DNA from: a virus
Virus record (IMG/VR): IMGVR_UViG_3300000956_000003
Coordinates: 1-64,000 of that record
Length of the DNA stretch: 64,000 nt
Strand: one strand, 5' to 3'
Positions 58,171 through 64,000 of this stretch are shown here, in pieces (the stretch's first letter is position 1; each line of letters opens with the position of its first letter). The notes under the pieces were generated by a model. It had not been told where the DNA came from. It did not search any database and saw only the letters and a program-made list of their open reading frames with translations. The translations under genes and the position numbers were made by a program.

Positions 58171-58686
58171 ATGCAACAACAAAAAACTTACTCCCAGCAA
58201 GTCAACATCTTGACGTACGTGCTGGAGGATGACGAAGACATTATTGAACTGCTTGATCAGTTATTTAAAATGAATGGTTTTGTAGATTATGTGTTCTTCA
58301 AAGAATCCGAAAAATTTGTACTGAACCTTAACGAACGTGTTCACATTTGCGTCATAGATTACTCGTTAGGTGGGAAGATGAACGGGATAGACATTTTAAA
58401 GATCGTGCTCAGCCAAAACCCCTGGTGTAAGGTGATCATGGTCACCGGTAATGTGAATCCGCGGATTGTCATCGACTTTGTGAACAATGGCGGGTTTAGG
58501 TTTATACCAAAAGGAGAACCCGAGTTCAATAACCTTTTGGTGACTTATTTACAGGAGGCTATTGCGATTGTAAAGATGCAGCTTGATACGCATCAGGAAT
58601 TGAAGGCGTCTTATGAAGAATTAAAACAACGAAAAGAAAAAAAATCACCGCCCAGTGAAACCGGATATATACCAATTGATAGCTAA
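58171..58686 (+). CDS. standalone response-regulator receiver (REC/CheY-like) domain protein with coiled-coil tail
   Basis: ILTYVLEDDEDI (acidic pocket), HICVIDYSLGGKMNGIDILK (phospho-acceptor Asp), KVIMVTG (Thr), FIPKGEP (Lys); AGGAG 8 nt upstream; no output domain. Confidence 0.7.
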   Translation: MQQQKTYSQQVNILTYVLEDDEDIIELLDQLFKMNGFVDYVFFKESEKFVLNLNERVHICVIDYSLGGKMNGIDILKIVLSQNPWCKVIMVTGNVNPRIVIDFVNNGGFRFIPKGEPEFNNLLVTYLQEAIAIVKMQLDTHQELKASYEELKQRKEKKSPPSETGYIPIDS

Positions 58687-58939
58687 ATCGATTGCCGAAT
58701 TAGTAATGTATGGAATATCCATATTCGCTGTTTTACAGGGTTGGAAATTATTCATACAGGAAAAGTCTGTCGGCAAAACAGCCATTAACAAAATAAAGGA
58801 AGATTACAATACCCTGCGAAAAGAGTTAGAGGATTACAAAAAGGATCACGAGGAAATGAAGGATAATATTGAGCACATTGAATCCCAATACGAGAAACTG
58901 ATCGAAAAAATATTGAACAATTTTCCCTTCAACAAATAA
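58655..58939 (+). CDS. small TM + coiled-coil protein
   Basis: ORF; internal ATG 58706 would avoid overlap with the REC gene. Confidence 0.35.
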   Translation: MKPDIYQLIAKSIAELVMYGISIFAVLQGWKLFIQEKSVGKTAINKIKEDYNTLRKELEDYKKDHEEMKDNIEHIESQYEKLIEKILNNFPFNK

Positions 58940-58940
58940 T

Positions 58941-59588
58941 ATGAAAGTCCACCTGCAAAAATACTGGTTCACTTACCTGCTGGCCGCTGTCGCCATCTTC
59001 CTACTGATTCTTTTGCTGTCGGGTAATAAGCCGATTGACAGCCACGCGTCGGAAGCGGCGGCACTGAAGAAGGAGAACGCTGAACTATCCGATCGGATCA
59101 GCCGGGAACAGAAGGTTCACGATAGCCTGCATGCGGAGATCCGGCACAAAGACAGTGCTGTATCGGCGCTGCGCATTCAACAAACCGTTAAGGACCAGCA
59201 GATCAGAAAAGCCAAAGGGCAGGTATTGGCCCTGGCGGATGACGTCCGGGAGTTGCAACGTAATGACACATCAGAACTGGCCCGCAAAGCCGACAGCCTG
59301 CAACAGTACACCCGCGATCTGATCATGCTAAATGATGCTTATGTTGAATTCACTGATTCGCTCAATAGCCTTGTGGATAGAAACAAGGCTGATTACGAAC
59401 GGCTGATTTCCGATAAGGATAAGTTATTCAACCAGGTGAATGCGGCCCGGGATCGGTGTGTGGAAGATTATGCGGGGCTTAAAAAAGACTACGATAAACT
59501 TGGTAAAAAGTTGAAGCGAAATAAATTGTTAACAAAGGTTACTGCTGTACTGGCCGGGGCACTGGCTGTGATTGCGGCGGTGAAGTAA
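58941..59588 (+). CDS. membrane-anchored coiled-coil protein (N- and C-terminal TM segments)
   Basis: TM helix at each end with about 160 aa of coiled coil between; lies in the lysis cassette. Confidence 0.45.
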   Translation: MKVHLQKYWFTYLLAAVAIFLLILLLSGNKPIDSHASEAAALKKENAELSDRISREQKVHDSLHAEIRHKDSAVSALRIQQTVKDQQIRKAKGQVLALADDVRELQRNDTSELARKADSLQQYTRDLIMLNDAYVEFTDSLNSLVDRNKADYERLISDKDKLFNQVNAARDRCVEDYAGLKKDYDKLGKKLKRNKLLTKVTAVLAGALAVIAAVK

Positions 59589-59710
59589 AATACTTGTACG
59601 GTTACAAGAGGTTTGCATATCCAATTGAATTGATAATGAATTATTTGAAGTTTCCCGGAACAATCTTTTTGTATCAATACAAAACCTTTTTAAACTAAAA
59701 AATCAACTAT

Positions 59711-60052
59711 ATGGGTAAGAAAATAAGAGATGACGAAAAGCTGATGACCATTGTGGTCTGCGGCATATTTACGCTGGGGTTAATAATCCTGGAACTGGTT
59801 TATGGCATGTTCAGCCAGATGAATGGCTTCATGTGGTTAGCTGTCATTGTGCTTCACATTCTTCTCGGGTACTGCTGGTTTGTGGTCTTAAAAAACATGT
59901 ACGACCCGAACTTCGATAAATGGCGCGGCTTTAATATAGGAATAGCCATTGTTACCATTATAGTAGTTCTGGGCCACCGATCCGACAAGCTCGGAACCAT
60001 TGAGTTCTGGAAGGAAGTGGAAAAGAATAAGATCGAAAACGCAGCGCCATGA
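59711..60052 (+). CDS. holin-like 3-TM membrane protein
   Basis: 113 aa, three TM helices, two genes upstream of the endolysin. Confidence 0.45.
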   Translation: MGKKIRDDEKLMTIVVCGIFTLGLIILELVYGMFSQMNGFMWLAVIVLHILLGYCWFVVLKNMYDPNFDKWRGFNIGIAIVTIIVVLGHRSDKLGTIEFWKEVEKNKIENAAP

Positions 60053-60390
60053 TCAGTATTATCCTTTTCATCCTGGCCGCCTTCTTTAATGCGGTTATGG
60101 ATGCTACCGAAAACGCACCCAACTTTAACGAAAGCCGGTTTAAAAACCTGCCTAAAACATTTTGGTTAAAGGAAGTAAGCTGGAAGTATGCCGCCCGGTT
60201 GTTCAATTACAAATTGGATGCCTGGCACATCGCTAAGTCCTGCATGGTCATCTGTTTTGTTCTTACTGCTATCTTCTTTGACTGGCCGGTTGAGAAATGG
60301 CAGGATGTGGCGATATATCTTATTGCAGGCGGCGTTATCTGGAATGCAACCTTTTACTTTTTCTATCACGTTTTATTTAAAGTCAAGTAA
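60049..60390 (+). CDS. holin-like/membrane protein
   Basis: 113 aa, 3-4 TM helices, overlap-coupled to the endolysin. Confidence 0.45.
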   Translation: MISIILFILAAFFNAVMDATENAPNFNESRFKNLPKTFWLKEVSWKYAARLFNYKLDAWHIAKSCMVICFVLTAIFFDWPVEKWQDVAIYLIAGGVIWNATFYFFYHVLFKVK

Positions 60391-60869
60391 TGGTAACATC
60401 GAAAGAGTTTTATGAAAAGTACGGTCACCCCTCGAAGCTAAACAACATTGTAATGTGGGATGTGCCCGCCGAGCTTGAAATAGGCGTGATCCCGAAACGG
60501 ATATACTGCAATAAGGATCTAATAGGCCCCTTGTCGCAAGCGTTCAGCAACCTGATCCATCGCGGCTTTGTGAAAGAATTAAAGACCTGGGACGGCTGTT
60601 ATAATTTCAGGCCCATCCGTGGTTATGAAAAGAAGTACGAGGCGGCCATGAAAGCTGGCAACATTGCATTGGCTATTACCTACCTATCTACTCATAGCTG
60701 GGGTGGTTCAGTAGATGTAAATGCTTTTGAAAATGGGTTAGGCAAAGAACCAAAGTTGTCTCCCGGATTCGTAAAATGCTTTACTGATGCAGGACTTGAA
60801 TGGGGTGGAACCTGGAAAAGAAAGGATGGCATGCATTTTCAGCTTGCAAAATTACCTGCAACTAATTAA
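60390..60869 (+). CDS. endolysin, peptidase M15 family (L-alanyl-D-glutamate peptidase / VanY-like)
   Basis: STHSWGGSVD (H-x6-D zinc ligands) and DGMHFQL (third His). Confidence 0.75.
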   Translation: MVTSKEFYEKYGHPSKLNNIVMWDVPAELEIGVIPKRIYCNKDLIGPLSQAFSNLIHRGFVKELKTWDGCYNFRPIRGYEKKYEAAMKAGNIALAITYLSTHSWGGSVDVNAFENGLGKEPKLSPGFVKCFTDAGLEWGGTWKRKDGMHFQLAKLPATN

Positions 60870-60963
60870 ACTCGGTTCTAAATAATAACCCATCGTAAGG
60901 GTTAGATTCTTTCGGCCCTCCGTCTCAACGGTTGGGCCCTCTTTGTTTTACGGGTTCCCGTAA

Positions 60964-61386
60964 TTATTTTAAAACGGTTTCTTTTATTGTGAGTTCTGTG
61001 CCGGTGAGGGCGTAGAATAAGTTCTGCAACTGGTGGACGAAATAAAGAGCAGCATACTTATTGTGCGTAAAATGAAGACGATATTCCTCCAATTTTTCAC
61101 CTTCATAAATAAAAATATTATACCTGCCTAAAGAGGGGGCATTGTAGCACTCGCCCGTAAATTCAAACCCAAAATTAAGTAGAATTTCCTCTTCCAAAGG
61201 AATGGGGTCAAGATCCGAAAGCGTACAATCGGAAGCCCAAAAACAGTTCTTTGCCCAGTCTTGTTCAATTACCTGGATAGGGTGAATACGGTCTTTACAA
61301 ACAGCCCTCAATTCATACCAGTTGTTACCGGGCATATCGTTTCTTAATACGTAATTTCCTATTCGAAGTTCGTTTGCTTGTATCAT
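60964..61386 (-). CDS. hypothetical protein, paralogue of 40291..40770
   Basis: Shared MIQAN / NNW / FVHQLQNLFYALTGTEL motifs. Confidence 0.5.
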   Translation of the reverse strand: MIQANELRIGNYVLRNDMPGNNWYELRAVCKDRIHPIQVIEQDWAKNCFWASDCTLSDLDPIPLEEEILLNFGFEFTGECYNAPSLGRYNIFIYEGEKLEEYRLHFTHNKYAALYFVHQLQNLFYALTGTELTIKETVLK

Positions 61387-61695
61387 ACTTTACCGGCTCC
61401 TATCCGGCGGGGGTTAAAATATCAATTTTATATTCCGTTTGATCGTCGGTATAAGATACGCGTTTATATTCCTTTATTGCGTTCGCCTCATTATTTGACG
61501 CAATAATCCTTCCATTTATATTATACATTCTTATCCCCGGCGCATACCATTTTTCAATGCATTTTTCTACTTTGCCCCAAAGTTCATCTTTATTGAATGC
61601 GTCGACTTTTCTGGATTTATTAAAGCATTCGCCATTTGAGTGGTTTTATTTCCATCCGTATTTTTTGAGTACCGGCAAAAGCGCCGGCCAGTGGG

Positions 61696-62298
61696 TTAAT
61701 GTGTTTTGGTGTTAGTAGCCAAATCAATTGCATGTCCGTTATCAATTAAGCTGAATACATCAATGCCATTGCGGAATAGGTAAACAAGTGAATCCGGAGT
61801 ATCTACAATTCGCAGCAGATCCCCCGCATTGTCCCGACATTCATAACACAGTTTCTTGTATTCCTCTTTTTGCTGTTTTGTCATATCGGATGGATGGGTT
61901 AAAAACAATTGAAAGTTCCCATCCAGCCTAAAGTCATTTATTTCGAAACTGTTTAACCATAGGTTGCCCGGAATAACATCCTTTTTATTAGCCCCGATAT
62001 TATCCCCCATCAATGCCCCGTCATATAAAATTGCTTCAAGGCGACTTTCTATGTAATCGCCATCATGGAAGGTGAATCGATATCTACAACCTAAATAGTA
62101 GTGAGCGTAATCACAGCAAGGGTTATGCTTTTTCTTAGCCCATCTTTTCTTTGCACCCAATTTGGCAATTTCGCTTCTTCTTTCTGGGGTCAGCTTTTCA
62201 GCACGAGCAGGCCCGCCCTTTTTGCCTCCCAGCCTACCCAGTTTAACTGCGGCAGGGTTCTTTCCTAAAACCTCAATATCTGAGCAAGCGTCTGTCAT
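61696..62298 (-). CDS. hypothetical protein with basic KGG-like N-terminal nucleic-acid-binding segment
   Basis: LGRLGGKKGGPARAEKLTPERRSEIAKLGAKKRWAKKK followed by an uncharacterised about 150 aa domain. Confidence 0.45.
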   Translation of the reverse strand: MTDACSDIEVLGKNPAAVKLGRLGGKKGGPARAEKLTPERRSEIAKLGAKKRWAKKKHNPCCDYAHYYLGCRYRFTFHDGDYIESRLEAILYDGALMGDNIGANKKDVIPGNLWLNSFEINDFRLDGNFQLFLTHPSDMTKQQKEEYKKLCYECRDNAGDLLRIVDTPDSLVYLFRNGIDVFSLIDNGHAIDLATNTKTH

Positions 62299-62301
62299 GG
62301 C

Positions 62302-62502
62302 CTACTTTTTAGCCTTTTTATTCTCCTTCGCGAAATTGATCAATACATGTTCCATAAGGTTCTTCAGGCTGCGGTTCTGGTCCTCAGCAATTTCCCGTAG
62401 GTCTTTAATTACATCTGGGTGCAGGTGTACTTCGTGCCTGGCGGTGTCGAGTGATTTCGGCATGCCGCTAATATACGGCTTGTCCTTCTTTTCGGTTAAC
62501 AT
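62302..62502 (-). CDS. ribbon-helix-helix (CopG/Arc-like) DNA-binding protein
   Basis: HEVHLHPDVIKDLREIAEDQNRSLKNLMEHVLINFAKE fits the beta-strand/helix/helix RHH pattern. Confidence 0.5.
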   Translation of the reverse strand: MLTEKKDKPYISGMPKSLDTARHEVHLHPDVIKDLREIAEDQNRSLKNLMEHVLINFAKENKKAKK

Positions 62503-62552
62503 ACGATGAAGATACGTAAAGGTTACGTAACCTGCAAATAAAAGATGTCCCC

Positions 62553-62826
62553 TTATTTCTTCTTACCCGGCCTTTTCTTTACCCCGATCTGGTTGTAGAT
62601 CAGCGTCAATAATTCATCCAGACTTATTTTAAAGTAGTCGCAAAACCGGTGCATTTCTTCCAGGGTTAGCCCCTCGGGTTCTTCTATCAGTCTCAGCATG
62701 CGGTTGTAGTTGGCGCCGATAGCGCTGGCGACCGTGGACCTGGGGAAGGTGTCGAAGATTTCAGACCACCTGGTGATGTCCCCGGTGGCGATCATACTTT
62801 TTATAATGAGGTACCTTTTGTCGGGC
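62553..62826 (-). CDS. putative HTH (XRE-like) regulator adjacent to the integrase
   Basis: LTLEEMHRFCDYFKISLDELLTLI resembles the C-terminal helices of XRE HTH domains; divergent from int. ATG 62826 preferred over tracked 62888. Confidence 0.3.
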
Positions 62827-62998
62827 ATATGGCAAGATATGAGAAAAAAGAATACTGTAAGGGTTGGATGCCACCTTGTCAAGGACATTAAGAGGGGTAG
62901 GAGTTATGGGAACGTGTAATGTATCAAAAAACAAACAAATTATTTATTATAATATGTAAAATTGTAATAATGAGTTGATTGAAAATCATACTGAAATT

Positions 62999-63023
62999 GT
63001 TCGATTCCCCTCACCTCCACCCA
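62999..63023 (+). other. candidate att core: tRNA 3'-end-like fragment
   Basis: GTTCGATTCCCCTCACCTCCACCCA resembles a tRNA T-loop plus acceptor 3' strand, but no D or anticodon arm lies upstream. Confidence 0.3.
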
Positions 63024-63028
63024 TACAC

Positions 63029-63060
63029 GCCCGCTGAAACCCACGTTTGGCGGGCTTTTC
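63029..63060 (+). terminator. rho-independent terminator-like hairpin
   Basis: GCCCGC-(14 nt)-GGCGGGC then TTTTCTCTTTTC. Confidence 0.45.
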
Positions 63061-63145
63061 TCTTTTCTGACGCGACTTTCAGGGCAAATTATCTTCAAGT
63101 TTATTTATATTGCTTTATACTATTTTATAGTATTTTAGTGCGAAT

Positions 63146-63166
63146 AACGTGCGACAAAACGTGCGA
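63146..63166 (+). promoter_or_regulatory. direct repeat AACGTGCGA x2 upstream of int (candidate operator/arm site)
   Basis: aacgtgcgacaaaacgtgcga ends 12 nt before the int ATG. Confidence 0.35.
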
Positions 63167-63177
63167 AAACCGCTAAC

Positions 63178-64000
63178 ATGCCGACTGCCAAAGCCCTTCT
63201 GGACACCCGCTATAAGTCGAAAGATAACACATACCCGGTCATTATCCGGTGCCGGCACCAGGGAAAGACCCGCGACATGGCCACCGGTTGGAAGATTGAT
63301 AAAAAGTACTGGGCCGGTGAACAGGTCAGCGGCAGACATCCCGATGCGGTGATCATCAACGGCCGGATATCGGATCTACTCAACCAGGCCAAACAGTACT
63401 ACGCCACCTGCCAGCTACAGGGCAGGCCAGTGAAGCTGGATCTAATAGGCTCACAGCGACACAGCTACTCATTTAACGCCTATCTCCTGCACCGCGCTAA
63501 ACAGTTCGACGAAAAAGAAATGATCATTATGGGCAGGAAAACGCGGCGGTTGGAGAAGGAGATAAAACTATGCTTCTCCCGGGAGATTTTCTTTGAGGAT
63601 ATAACGGCCGATCTCCTGCGCGACTTGGAAGCCTGGATGGTGCAACAGGGTAATATCAATAACACGCGACATAAGAAGTTTAAATTCCTCGGGGAGTTTT
63701 ATAGCCAGGCAGTAACCGACGGGAAGGCAACGGATCCAAATCCTTTTAAACAGTATAAGATCAAACGGAAACCCGTACAGAAAGAGAAGCTAACGCCGGA
63801 AGAGATAAAGGCCATCGAGGATCTTCAGTTGAATCCGGGACCGGTTAACAATGCCCGGAACCTGTTTCTCTTTTCCTACTACTGTAAGGGTGTTCGATTC
63901 GCAGACTGCATCACCTGCGGAAGGGACCATGTAGTTAATGGCCGAATTATTTTCGAGACCGGCAAGACCGGCAAGTTCATATCCATAAAAATTCACCAAC
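63178..64000 (+). CDS. int: tyrosine-type site-specific integrase, Bacteroidetes type (N-terminal arm-binding domain); 3'-truncated by the window end
   Basis: Open frame from ATG 63178 to the window end, hand-translated and absent from the ORF track. AKALLDTRYKSKDNTYPVIIRCRHQGKTRDMATGWKIDKKYW matches the Bacteroidetes integrase arm-binding N-domain; LFLFSYYCKGVRFADCI resembles the SAM-like core-binding domain. Confidence 0.7.
   Translation, partial: MPTAKALLDTRYKSKDNTYPVIIRCRHQGKTRDMATGWKIDKKYWAGEQVSGRHPDAVIINGRISDLLNQAKQYYATCQLQGRPVKLDLIGSQRHSYSFNAYLLHRAKQFDEKEMIIMGRKTRRLEKEIKLCFSREIFFEDITADLLRDLEAWMVQQGNINNTRHKKFKFLGEFYSQAVTDGKATDPNPFKQYKIKRKPVQKEKLTPEEIKAIEDLQLNPGPVNNARNLFLFSYYCKGVRFADCITCGRDHVVNGRIIFETGKTGKFISIKIHQ

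Noticed and set aside
58941-59588. Calling the N- and C-terminally anchored coiled-coil protein a spanin
   Set aside because: The topology is suggestive, but Bacteroidota spanin equivalents are not established and there is no lipobox or partner o-spanin; a generic membrane-protein call is kept.
61387-61695. About 80-codon open frame on the minus strand in the gap between 60964..61386 and 61696..62298
   Set aside because: My hand translation found no start codon at its 5' end, only an internal Met giving about 42 aa; a real gene cannot be supported and it is treated as a possible remnant.
63149-63352. Tracked 67-aa ORF at 63149 (GTG start)
   Set aside because: It is in a different frame from the long open integrase frame that begins at ATG 63178 and shows clear integrase N-domain similarity; the short ORF is an overlap artefact.

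Overview
This window reads as a nearly complete temperate tailed-phage genome, prophage or circularly permuted, most likely from a Bacteroidota host. The host assignment rests on a Bacteroidetes-style tyrosine integrase (N-terminal arm-binding domain), Sec/lipoprotein signal peptides of Bacteroidetes type, at least one TAnnTTTG -7 promoter element, and a GC content that looks mid-40s by eye (not computed). Almost all coding is on the + strand in tightly packed operons. Positions 1-20500 hold early/replication genes: a PD-(D/E)XK nuclease, an SSB-like protein, a DnaA domain-IV-only protein, a DEAH SF2 helicase, two orphan adenine/amino methyltransferases, a VRR-NUC protein, a primase-polymerase/SF3 helicase, YopX, an ASCH-like protein and a disrupted HNH. 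Positions 20577-23046 form a membrane/secreted-protein module ending in an SPFH/band-7 lipoprotein and a strong terminator. Positions 23967-40091 carry packaging and virion genes: TerS, TerL, a GIY-YIG homing endonuclease, a tail-chaperone-like pair with a candidate -1 frameshift, a tape-measure-like protein, portal and a MuF-like head protein. Positions 47711-57296 encode scaffold, capsid, connector proteins, a signal-peptide-bearing beta-helix depolymerase/tailspike-like protein and a secreted esterase. Positions 58171-60869 are a lysis cassette headed by a standalone response-regulator receiver protein (holin-like proteins plus an M15 endolysin). Positions 60964-62888 are a minus-strand block (RHH protein, KGG-like protein, HTH regulator), followed by an att-like site and the integrase, which is truncated at the window end. 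The most striking element is a roughly 7.3 kb opposite-strand cassette at 40291-47621, inserted between the portal/MuF and scaffold/capsid genes. It encodes four glycosyltransferase-like proteins (GT2, GT11 fucosyltransferase-like, GT47 exostosin-like, GT7 beta4GalT-like), three sugar O-methyltransferase-like proteins (two FkbM family, one GTDK-motif class I MTase) and an HExxH protein. A further GT-A-fold glycosyltransferase gene sits on the + strand immediately upstream of the portal gene. This is a candidate virion-glycosylation or host glycan-conversion system. All functional calls come from motifs I recognised by eye in the supplied translations; no database searches were run.
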